Made by a program: the position numbers and the translations under genes | Notes under the pieces: generated by a model | Seen by the model: the letters and a program-made list of their open reading frames with translations, nothing else | Told to the model about the DNA's origin: nothing | The model's database searches: none | Part shown: piece by piece, positions 36,158 to 44,123 of the stretch | Layout: each line of letters starts with the position of its first letter | Numbering within the stretch: position 1 is the first letter of the stretch | Assembly: GCA_037917685.1 (NCBI GenBank) | Contig: JAVCBU010000012.1 | Location: 192,001 to 256,000, forward strand | DNA from: Thermoproteota archaeon | GTDB lineage: Archaea > Korarchaeota > Korarchaeia > Korarchaeales > JAOZGB01 | Direction of reading: 5' to 3' | Length of the DNA: 64,000 nucleotides

Positions 36158-37111
36158 GTGGCAAAGAAGATACTACCATTAATATTTACCGTAGCAATCA
36201 TAGCTGGATCCCTATACTATGCTAGGGTTAGACAGGAAATAATCATGATAGAAAATAGATACGGCCTAAAATTCAATGGAACAAAGGCGTTCTTACATGT
36301 ACAGGAACAATGTGAGATAGGCCCCAGGCCTCCTGGGACGGAGGAACATGAAAAATGCATTCAATATATTGTTAGTGTGATAAAAAGTTATGGATTAACA
36401 TACCGCCTGGAAAATTTCACATTTACAGATCCGGAGGCAGGACCCTTAAATATGGTAAACATAATCGTTCCTATCGGGGAAGGAGACAAAATACTGTATA
36501 TCGGAGCCCATTATGATACTAGGCCAAGAGCAGACATGGAGAAAAACCCTGAAGATAGGGTAAAACCCATTATAGGCGCGAATGACGGAGCAAGCGGGGT
36601 GGCTGTCCTCCTTGAGTTAATAAGAATATTCAAAGACAAAGATCTGAAAATAGAAGTGAGATTCATATTTTTCGACGGTGAGGACTGGGGGGTAGTTCTA
36701 GAACACTACTTCATCGGCTCAAGATACCACGTCAAACATTTGCCAGATGAAGAAAAGAGGAAAATAATTGGAATAATCCTTTTGGATATGATAGGCGACG
36801 AAGACTTACAAATATACATGGAGGGATTCTCCTACCATCATGCCAGAGATCTTACCGAGTTGATATGGAATACCGCGAAGGAGTTAAACTACACACAGTA
36901 CTTTATACCAAAAATAAAATACACTATATATGACGACCACTACCCATTCATACAGGAAGGTATACCAGGTGTAGACATCATAGACTTTGACTACCCATAT
37001 TGGCATACATTAAGCGATACACTTGACAAGGTGTCACCGAAAAGTTTAGAAATTGTAGGAAGAGTAGTAGAAGCTGTAATACAGAAAATTTCAGAAAACC
37101 ATGGAGGATGA
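36158..37111 (+). CDS. M28 family Zn enzyme, type II glutaminyl-cyclase-like, N-terminally membrane-anchored
   Basis: GPR.PG, GAHYDTRP.AD, GANDGASG, FFDGEDWG, LLDMIGD, DDH.PF, YWHT..D. Confidence 0.85.
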   Translation: MAKKILPLIFTVAIIAGSLYYARVRQEIIMIENRYGLKFNGTKAFLHVQEQCEIGPRPPGTEEHEKCIQYIVSVIKSYGLTYRLENFTFTDPEAGPLNMVNIIVPIGEGDKILYIGAHYDTRPRADMEKNPEDRVKPIIGANDGASGVAVLLELIRIFKDKDLKIEVRFIFFDGEDWGVVLEHYFIGSRYHVKHLPDEEKRKIIGIILLDMIGDEDLQIYMEGFSYHHARDLTELIWNTAKELNYTQYFIPKIKYTIYDDHYPFIQEGIPGVDIIDFDYPYWHTLSDTLDKVSPKSLEIVGRVVEAVIQKISENHGG

Positions 37112-37532
37112 CTCTTTGTCTGAAGATCATGAGCTTGAGATTTTGAAGATGAAAATGCTTGAGAAAATAATTCAGAAAAAAGAAGATCCCTTATACGCAA
37201 AAATATCCTCTGGAGAACCCGTAGAAGGAAACGATGAGATCATAAAGAGAACAACTAAGATGGTACGCATCGTCCTCCTAGACTTTTGGGCAGAATGGTG
37301 CGGTCCTTGCAGAATGATGGAACCAGCCATCCACGAGTTAGCTATGAAATACAAGGGAAAAATAGCTGTAGTCAAAATAAATGTAGACAAAGAGAGGGAA
37401 ATAGCTGCGAAATATGGGATAATGGCGGTGCCAACCTACATGCTAATAGTAGAAGGTAAAATAGCGGAAAGAATCACCGGAGCAGTAGGATTTCATGTTC
37501 TCGATAAGATGATACAGAAATACATCAAGTAA
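37101..37532 (+). CDS. trxA: Thioredoxin
   Basis: DFWAEWCGPC, INVD, I.AVPT. Confidence 0.95.
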   Translation: MEDDSLSEDHELEILKMKMLEKIIQKKEDPLYAKISSGEPVEGNDEIIKRTTKMVRIVLLDFWAEWCGPCRMMEPAIHELAMKYKGKIAVVKINVDKEREIAAKYGIMAVPTYMLIVEGKIAERITGAVGFHVLDKMIQKYIK

Positions 37533-37533
37533 G

Positions 37534-37606
37534 AGCCGGGGGCGGGATTTGAACCCGCGTAAAACGGGTCTGCAGCCCGCCGCCTGTACCACTCAGCCAC
37601 CCCGGC
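37534..37606 (-). tRNA. tRNA-Cys (GCA), intronless, CCA not encoded
   Basis: GCCGGGGTGGCTGAGTGGTACAGGCGGCGGGCTGCAGACCCGTTTTACGCGGGTTCAAATCCCGCCCCCGGCT: cloverleaf, GCA anticodon, U73 discriminator. Confidence 0.97.
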
Positions 37607-37625
37607 ACATAGTAAGAGCACCCGG

Positions 37626-37635
37626 TTTTTAAAAA
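37626..37635. promoter_or_regulatory. Palindromic TATA-like box between tRNA-Cys and the RNase H gene
   Basis: TTTTTAAAAA lies about 20 nt from both the tRNA 5' end and the RNase H start codon. Confidence 0.5.
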
Positions 37636-37653
37636 TCTTCCGAGGCATCTATA

Positions 37654-38439
37654 ATGATGAAAACTGTTATATTTTTCGACATAAAGATGCTGAATAAACT
37701 TGCGAAGACACTTGAATCCTCAGGATTGGAAAGATCCATTGTTAAGTCCCCTTATGAAGCCTATAGATATGAATCCCAGGGAAAAATAGTAATAGCATAC
37801 AAAACAGGTAAAATAATTTACAGTGAAGATGTTAAACCCATATTTTTGAAGTTTCTTAGAGAAAACTTTAAACCAGATTCAACCAGGATAGGATGCGACG
37901 AAGCCGGGAAGGGAGAGGCCCTAGGGCCCCTAGTAGTCTCGGCTGTAGCTCTTGATCCCAATCAGTACATCGAACTATGGGTAGAAGGGGTTATGGACAG
38001 CAAAATGCTGTCAAAAAGGCAAATCCAAACGTTAGAAAGCAAAATAAAAAGGAAATCATTAGGATATACACTTTTCATCGTTGAACCTATAGAGTTCAAT
38101 AAGAAAATGGAGGAGCTAAAGCGGGAGGGAAAAAATTTAAACCATCTCCTATCAGAACTCCATGCCAGAGCAGTAAAACGTTTAATCGAAAAAATCCAAC
38201 ATGCCAATGTAACAATTTTAATCGACAAGTTTGACGAGGAGAAAACAAGCAAAGCTATGAAAAACGAGGGAATAGAAAATGTAATTCAACTTGAGAACGG
38301 AGAGAAAGATATCGCAGTTGCCGCCGCGAGTATAATCGCTAAAGCAGCCTATGATAGATGGCTCCTTGACAATCTGGACAAAAAAGGAGATAAGCCTTTA
38401 CATATGATTTATAAAATATCCTATCTGAAGCCTTCCTAA
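37654..38439 (+). CDS. Type 2 RNase H with N-terminal TBP-like extension (RNase HIII-like)
   Basis: IGCDEAGKG..LGPLVV, V.DSK.L, IDKF, GE...AVAAASIIAK; N-terminal PYE.YR......V.AYKTGKI. Confidence 0.8.
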   Translation: MMKTVIFFDIKMLNKLAKTLESSGLERSIVKSPYEAYRYESQGKIVIAYKTGKIIYSEDVKPIFLKFLRENFKPDSTRIGCDEAGKGEALGPLVVSAVALDPNQYIELWVEGVMDSKMLSKRQIQTLESKIKRKSLGYTLFIVEPIEFNKKMEELKREGKNLNHLLSELHARAVKRLIEKIQHANVTILIDKFDEEKTSKAMKNEGIENVIQLENGEKDIAVAAASIIAKAAYDRWLLDNLDKKGDKPLHMIYKISYLKPS

Positions 38440-38931
38440 ATGGCTCAGATATCTGTAGTAGGTTCCAGCGGAAAGATTGATGAAAGACTATATAAAATAG
38501 CATACGAACTTGGTAAGATAATAGCGTCGAGGGGTCATATACTTATCTGTGGAGGCAGGGACGGGGTCATGGAAGCTGTGTGTAAAGGAGCATGGGAGAA
38601 GGGTGGAATAACTATAGGGATACTTCCATCAGTTCACGGAGAAGATGCTAATCCTTACCTAACTGTTAGAATAACAACAGGCATGGGGTATGCTAGAAAC
38701 TTCATTAATGCATGCTCTGGAGACGCCGTTATAGCTGTTGGAGGGAAAGAAGGAACTCTCTCAGAGATCGCGATGGCGCTGGTCTACGGGAAACCTGTTG
38801 TATGTATTAAGGGAACCGGAGGAGCTTCAGACCTTTTAGCAGGCAAACGGTTTGGAAGAGGATATGTCTATGCTGCTGGAGACCCGGAAGAAGCTGTTAA
38901 AATTATTGAAGGTTTACTCCAACACAGATAA
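38440..38931 (+). CDS. TIGR00725/LOG-like Rossmann protein
   Basis: ICGGRDGVMEAVC.GA, GILP, TGMG.ARN, GTLSEI..A...GKPV. Confidence 0.9.
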   Translation: MAQISVVGSSGKIDERLYKIAYELGKIIASRGHILICGGRDGVMEAVCKGAWEKGGITIGILPSVHGEDANPYLTVRITTGMGYARNFINACSGDAVIAVGGKEGTLSEIAMALVYGKPVVCIKGTGGASDLLAGKRFGRGYVYAAGDPEEAVKIIEGLLQHR

Positions 38932-39441
38932 AATCTTACTCCAGCAAACAGCACAAAACTGTGGGTTAGACCTATCAACTTCCCATACGGAATTGTGAAA
39001 ACTCATACAACAACGCCTATCACTACAATGCCCAAGACCAAGCAAATGCCCTACCTCATGAAGTGCAACCACATGTACTCTTCTTTTATGTATATCACCA
39101 TCACCGGAGATACCGTAGAACGCGTTGGAAAGCCTTTTTATAGATACAAGCCCAACTGAACCAGAAACCAAACCAAATACAAAGTTCAAGCTCGGTACAT
39201 AAAGATCTAAATCTACAACAATCAATGCAGGTTTTAGAACAAGCGATAAAGCCATACGAGCTATCTCATACGCATTATACTGGCTCCTGAGACCGTCGAA
39301 CGCCCTCTTATACTCTACATTTACAATACCATTACTACGTACTTGCATTAGACCCTTAAACCTCGAGCTAATGATATCTTTGACTGATTCGTAGAAACCT
39401 TGTGGAGTGTCCTCAAGCATATATAAATTTAGAACGTACAT
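38914..39441 (-). CDS. amzA: Archaemetzincin Zn metalloprotease
   Basis: RSQY, DLY...LNFVFG, HEVGHLLGLGHC...C.M.F.NS..EVD....FC..C. Confidence 0.93.
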   Translation of the reverse strand: MYVLNLYMLEDTPQGFYESVKDIISSRFKGLMQVRSNGIVNVEYKRAFDGLRSQYNAYEIARMALSLVLKPALIVVDLDLYVPSLNFVFGLVSGSVGLVSIKRLSNAFYGISGDGDIHKRRVHVVALHEVGHLLGLGHCSDRRCCMSFHNSVWEVDRSNPQFCAVCWSKILSVLE

Positions 39442-39487
39442 CTTAATCCCAGGCTTTAAAATAAAATAATACCGAATATAAGATACT

Positions 39488-40132
39488 ATGGTTATAGAAT
39501 TACCTCCCGACGTGGCAGGATATATAAAAGATACGTTTTCTAAGCTCGTAAACCCTGTAACACTCTACGTGTTTACAACCAAAGACCACTGCCTCTACTG
39601 CAACGAAACCTTGGAAATAGCTAAGATCATAGCCGGATTCTCTCATCTTATAAAGATCGAAGAATGCGAATGCTCCACAGACTCTCAAACCGCGCAAAAA
39701 TTCAATATAGACAAACACCCAGCTATAGTAATCCATGGAAAGGAGGAGTATGGAATCAGGTTCTTTGGTATACCATCAGGCTACGAGCTTGGAAGCCTCG
39801 TAGAAGCCATCGTTGACGCTTCACGTGGAGAGACAGAGCTTCCGCCTGATGTAAAGGAGCTAATTAGAAGCATCAGCAAGAAGGTCCATATACAAGTTTT
39901 TGTTACTCCAACATGCCCATACTGCCCAATAGCTGTTAGAACTGCTCATAAATTTGCAATTTTAAACAAAAATATTCTTGGAGACATGATAGAAGCAATC
40001 GAATTTCCAAACTTATCCCAGAAGTATGGAGTGATGGCCGTTCCAAAAATAATTATAAATGATAAGGTAACCTTTGAAGGCGCAGTTCCAGAAATGTTCT
40101 TCGCACAGAAGATACTTGAAGCAGTAGAGTGA
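39488..40132 (+). CDS. Protein-disulfide oxidoreductase (PDO, two thioredoxin units)
   Basis: CLYC and TPTCPYC, GIPSGYE, AVPKI..N, FEGA.PE. Confidence 0.93.
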   Translation: MVIELPPDVAGYIKDTFSKLVNPVTLYVFTTKDHCLYCNETLEIAKIIAGFSHLIKIEECECSTDSQTAQKFNIDKHPAIVIHGKEEYGIRFFGIPSGYELGSLVEAIVDASRGETELPPDVKELIRSISKKVHIQVFVTPTCPYCPIAVRTAHKFAILNKNILGDMIEAIEFPNLSQKYGVMAVPKIIINDKVTFEGAVPEMFFAQKILEAVE

Positions 40133-40138
40133 CTCGAA

Positions 40139-41068
40139 ATGTTTGGTCTCGAGAAACACCAACTTATAGTGATAGGTGCTGGGCCAGCGGGTCTCACGGC
40201 TGGTATGTACGCAGCAAGCATGAAAATTGATACACTAATAATCGAAGGGACAGCCAAACCTAGGCTAGCTTTAGCAGAAGTTATAAACAATTATCCGGGA
40301 TTTACAGAGCCCATCTCAGGGGTAGAACTACTCAGCAGAATGAGAAATCATGCGTTAAAGATGGGTGCAAAAATAGTTAAAACCGATGTCATCTCTACGC
40401 AACTCTCAACAGACCCCAAAATGTTAACAACAAGAGAAAATAAGATATACTCCGCCGACGCTGTAATAATAGCCACGGGTCTGCAACAGAAGAGTCTTAG
40501 GATTAAAAACGAACAGAAGTTAACCGGTAGAGGAGTAAGTTACTGTGCGATATGCGATGGCCCATTATTTGCGGGTAAAACCGTTGCACTAATAGGATCC
40601 GGCGAGGCTCTAATAGAAGAAGCAGAGAGGCTCTCAGGTATCGTAGGAAAACTATACGTGGTACAATTGCCTCCTGAAACCATGGAAAACAGGAGGATAG
40701 TGAACATATCTAACAAAATAGAATTAGTCAAGAACGCTAAACCCCTAGAGATTCTCGGAGAAAACTATGTCACAGGTCTAAAAGTATCTGTAGAGGACAG
40801 AGAGGAAACGATAGGCGTAAACGCGGTATTTATAGCCACCGAGAAGATCCCAACCGCCAAGCTATTAGAAAATTCAGGGGTGAAAACTGATTATAGAGGG
40901 TGCATCATAGTCGACAAGGATCAGAAAACCAGTGTGGAAGGCGTCTACGCAGCAGGGGACTGCACATGTAGAGGATTACAAGTTGTCACAGCTGCCGGAG
41001 ATGCTGCTGTAGCGGCAATAAATGCTTCTGTATATATTAGGAGAAAAATGAGGGAGTCCAAAAAATGA
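40139..41068 (+). CDS. trxB: Thioredoxin reductase
   Basis: IGAGPAGLTA, NYPG, GRGVSYCAICDG, GVYAAGD. Confidence 0.92.
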   Translation: MFGLEKHQLIVIGAGPAGLTAGMYAASMKIDTLIIEGTAKPRLALAEVINNYPGFTEPISGVELLSRMRNHALKMGAKIVKTDVISTQLSTDPKMLTTRENKIYSADAVIIATGLQQKSLRIKNEQKLTGRGVSYCAICDGPLFAGKTVALIGSGEALIEEAERLSGIVGKLYVVQLPPETMENRRIVNISNKIELVKNAKPLEILGENYVTGLKVSVEDREETIGVNAVFIATEKIPTAKLLENSGVKTDYRGCIIVDKDQKTSVEGVYAAGDCTCRGLQVVTAAGDAAVAAINASVYIRRKMRESKK

Positions 41069-41250
41069 ACATGACGATTATAATTGCGGTACTCTTACTG
41101 TTAATTATGATAGTTGTAGCGGTGAAGGTCTTCTTGCTACTCCTTCCGGCAGCAATAATCGGCTTCATCATATGGGTTATAACCGGAAATCCGACATATT
41201 CTATAATTGGATTTCTTATAATCCTCTTAATATCACTTCTTAAAAGGTAG
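41065..41250 (+). CDS. Small hydrophobic membrane protein
   Basis: 61 aa, almost entirely hydrophobic; ATGA-type coupling to trxB. Confidence 0.6.
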   Translation: MNMTIIIAVLLLLIMIVVAVKVFLLLLPAAIIGFIIWVITGNPTYSIIGFLIILLISLLKR

Positions 41251-41256
41251 TCTGAA

Positions 41257-42039
41257 ATGAACCCGGGGGATGTGTTAAAAATAGACGTCAATAGTGTTAA
41301 GAATAAAATAATTGAAAGATTTAGGGAATACGCTAGTAAACATAGTCTTGAGAGGGGGGTAATCGGGGTTAGCGGAGGAATAGATTCCGCCGTCACACTA
41401 TTCATATCCTCCTTTGCACTAGGAACTGCAAATATAACTGCTCTCATAATGCCTTCTAGATTCACTAAAAAAGAGGATGTAGCCGACGCTATGGAGGTTT
41501 GTAAAAGAGCGGGAGTTAAATTTGAAATTTTAAATATATCTATCATCGAGGAGGCCTTTCAAAAGACCATGCCTGTTAAGAGTAAGATAGCCATTGGAAA
41601 TAGGCATGCAAGGATACGTATGGTTTTACTATATTCATTAGCCAACGACATAGGCGGATTTGTCATCGGGACGGGAAACAAATCTGAGCTTTTAACAGGA
41701 TATTTCACAAAATACGGAGATGGAGGTGTCGACATTCTACCAATAGGAGGTCTTTATAAGACACAGGTTAGGATGCTTGCACGGGCCTTCCCCATCCCTC
41801 CGAGAATAATAGAAAAGAAACCCTCTGCAGGCCTCTGGCCAGGCCAGACAGACGAAGGCGAGCTTGAAATATCATATGAGACTCTTGATCTAATATTATA
41901 CTTCCTTTATGACATGGGTAGGAGCCCAGAGGATGTAAAAAGCATTTTGGGCTTGAGTAGAGAAGTAGACAGGGTTGTCAGCCTGTTATCTATAAACAGA
42001 CACAAAAGGAACCCGCCACCGATAATCGATCCATTCTAG
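41257..42039 (+). CDS. nadE: NH3-dependent NAD+ synthetase
   Basis: GVSGGIDSAV, GN..ARIRM, GTGNKSE, GYFTKYGDG, PSAGLW.GQTDE. Confidence 0.96.
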   Translation: MNPGDVLKIDVNSVKNKIIERFREYASKHSLERGVIGVSGGIDSAVTLFISSFALGTANITALIMPSRFTKKEDVADAMEVCKRAGVKFEILNISIIEEAFQKTMPVKSKIAIGNRHARIRMVLLYSLANDIGGFVIGTGNKSELLTGYFTKYGDGGVDILPIGGLYKTQVRMLARAFPIPPRIIEKKPSAGLWPGQTDEGELEISYETLDLILYFLYDMGRSPEDVKSILGLSREVDRVVSLLSINRHKRNPPPIIDPF

Positions 42040-42040
42040 G

Positions 42041-42460
42041 CTACAGCCTCTTCTTTTTAGGCTCCTCAGCGTAAATGTTACTTATGTACTTTACTCCCAT
42101 ACATTTCTCACATTTTCCTAATACTTTATTTACATAATCACCATTCTGGAATTTCCTCGTGGTGGTTAGCCCGCATGAGCCACATTTCACCACTGTGATA
42201 ATGTTCAACTGAGGTATCCCCACTTCTAACCCAAATCTTATAAGATTATACAGTCCCTGACCAGCAAAGAATATAAGTGTAAATCCTATCATGAGCATGA
42301 ACATCGTGTAGGGAGACTGCGACGCCATGTCTCCATATTCCTTATAAACGTAGATTATCATCGTAACACCAAAGAGTATAACCGCAAGTGAGAGAATTAT
42401 ATTGGTAAATAGGATAATAGAGCTTCTTCCCTCCCGCTCCTTGCTGTTCCCCAACCCCAC
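42041..42460 (-). CDS. Two-TM membrane protein with C-terminal Zn ribbon
   Basis: Two TM helices followed by C.SCG....R.F..GDYV.K..G.C.KC; abuts DUF1512. Confidence 0.75.
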   Translation of the reverse strand: MGLGNSKEREGRSSIILFTNIILSLAVILFGVTMIIYVYKEYGDMASQSPYTMFMLMIGFTLIFFAGQGLYNLIRFGLEVGIPQLNIITVVKCGSCGLTTTRKFQNGDYVNKVLGKCEKCMGVKYISNIYAEEPKKKRL

Positions 42461-43597
42461 TCACCTTATTCCAATCGAATTTCCAATACCAGCAACTATA
42501 ATAGTATCGCCCTTATGCGTTCTCTCTTTCAGAATATGTTTTATCCTATCGACGACTGAATCAGCGGCAAGACTTATCTCTTTTTTCATGATTGCAATTG
42601 CGTCTAGGGGATCCATTTTAACTACTATTGAGTCGATAGGGATCTTATATTTCGTGGCAACTTCTTCAATCTTATACTTCTCCGGACCAGGGTCTCCAAT
42701 AGCCGCCCCAACATACTCCGTTATCTCAGCCGTAGGCTCCCCCTCTAACTTCCCACCCGCATCAACCATGATTATCCTCGAAATAGCTCCGCTCCTCATC
42801 TCTATAAGCCTTTTGATGGCCTCGCCTGGTTTACCTACCTCTCCACCCGGACCCTTTGCTTTGACTAAGAGAACATTCCTCCCCTCATATGTTATCCTAT
42901 AGAGGGAAATATTTTCAGCTATTTCTTCCCCTTCTAGGTTAGGATCATACTCGCTCACGAACCTTGCTACTACCAACGGCCCTAAACCATCTCCAATAGG
43001 GGTTCCCTTCCTAAAGGCGTCTATAGAGTTATGATAAGCCTTAGCTATCTTCATGATCTCAGGTAGAACCATTTGAACTTGAAATATATAGTAGAAATTC
43101 TGTGTTTTCTTACCCATTATAAAGTAGTGCCTTACAACTCTATATATGTAATCTAATGCTAGGCATGAAAGGAACATGTCTTTAAGATTTGAATGGATAT
43201 GCATGTGGGCTTTGGGGGCTATCTCCCATACGACCTCGTCAAGCCTACCTTTCGCTGTATTTAACAGGTGTTCAAGTTTTCTAACAGCACCAGCAGGGTC
43301 GAGATAAACTGGTTCTATTATCCCAAACCCCTTATACCGGCTTAGCATTCTATCCACATTCTCTTTACTCTTACCATACTTTGAAGCTTCTTCTATAAAC
43401 ATTTTTGAGGCTGACTGGTTTAAATTCCATAGTTTATCTAATGCCCTCGCGATATCCGAGAGACCTTTCCAAGCTTGAATCTTCATTCCGAAAATTTGAA
43501 TTAGGATAAGCGTTACTATGAACAAGACCCATTGGATCATGTTTGATCCTTGATCTTGAAGTAAGGCCAGTATAGGTTCAACCATTAGGGGATGCAC
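42461..43597 (-). CDS. DUF1512 family protein
   Basis: EPV.LDP.G.V.KL, IYRVVRHY, G.PIGDG.GPLV, KA.GPGG.VG.PG, IMVDA..KLEGE, GAAIGDPGPEK..IE, GIGNSIG. Confidence 0.88.
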   Translation of the reverse strand: MHPLMVEPILALLQDQGSNMIQWVLFIVTLILIQIFGMKIQAWKGLSDIARALDKLWNLNQSASKMFIEEASKYGKSKENVDRMLSRYKGFGIIEPVYLDPAGAVRKLEHLLNTAKGRLDEVVWEIAPKAHMHIHSNLKDMFLSCLALDYIYRVVRHYFIMGKKTQNFYYIFQVQMVLPEIMKIAKAYHNSIDAFRKGTPIGDGLGPLVVARFVSEYDPNLEGEEIAENISLYRITYEGRNVLLVKAKGPGGEVGKPGEAIKRLIEMRSGAISRIIMVDAGGKLEGEPTAEITEYVGAAIGDPGPEKYKIEEVATKYKIPIDSIVVKMDPLDAIAIMKKEISLAADSVVDRIKHILKERTHKGDTIIVAGIGNSIGIR

Positions 43598-43665
43598 CTG
43601 ACAGCATTATATATAACTATAAATCCTTTTAACCTTTCCGAATAATGAGTAGACGGTGAGTAGGA

Positions 43666-43791
43666 TTGGCGGAAGCTAACGTTTGTAAAAACTGTGCTCA
43701 CGCCAAAAAGAAAAGGGGAACCCTATTCTGCTCGCTTTTAAAACAGAAGGTAAATCCTAACCACACATGTGGAAAATTCAAACCTAAATAA
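43666..43791 (+). CDS. 41-aa 4-Cys microprotein (not in ORF track)
   Basis: TTG start after a GGTGA RBS: MAEANVCKNCAHAKKKRGTLFCSLLKQKVNPNHTCGKFKPK*. Confidence 0.65.
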   Translation: MAEANVCKNCAHAKKKRGTLFCSLLKQKVNPNHTCGKFKPK

Positions 43792-43802
43792 GAGGAGTAA
43801 AA

Positions 43803-44123
43803 TTGAATGGGAAGGCGACTATAATAGTAGATAAAAGTATTGTAGAAAGTGCTGTTATTGAAAAGGCCATGGAAATTCTTCGCAACTTAGGTTATAGTCC
43901 TTTTATAATTGATGGTATGAATATTAAGGAGGCAATTGAAGCTATTGAGAAGGCTGAGCTTGTAACTGTTATCGGGGATGCTGGAAACTGGGTTCTTGGC
44001 GGGTTAATTTTAATTGCTAGGATGATGGGCAAGGAGATAGTGACATATCATAGTAGCGGGGGATGGCCAAAGCTATTCTCAGCAAAGCCACTAACCAGCA
44101 AGTTTAGATCTGACGAGACTTGA
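43803..44123 (+). CDS. Hypothetical small alpha/beta protein (nucleoside deoxyribosyltransferase-like topology)
   Basis: GAGGAG RBS; I..AELV.VI......G....A..MGKEIV pattern. Confidence 0.5.
   Translation: MNGKATIIVDKSIVESAVIEKAMEILRNLGYSPFIIDGMNIKEAIEAIEKAELVTVIGDAGNWVLGGLILIARMMGKEIVTYHSSGGWPKLFSAKPLTSKFRSDET

Noticed and set aside
37534-37606. tRNA as an integration site or intron-containing tRNA
   Set aside because: No duplicated 3' tRNA end, integrase or bulge-helix-bulge intron was noticed; the flanks are housekeeping genes.
42402-42902. Long alternative ORFs here and at 44230-44823, 50268-50831, 58375-58854 and 61167-61625
   Set aside because: All lie antisense to confidently identified genes and show no motifs.
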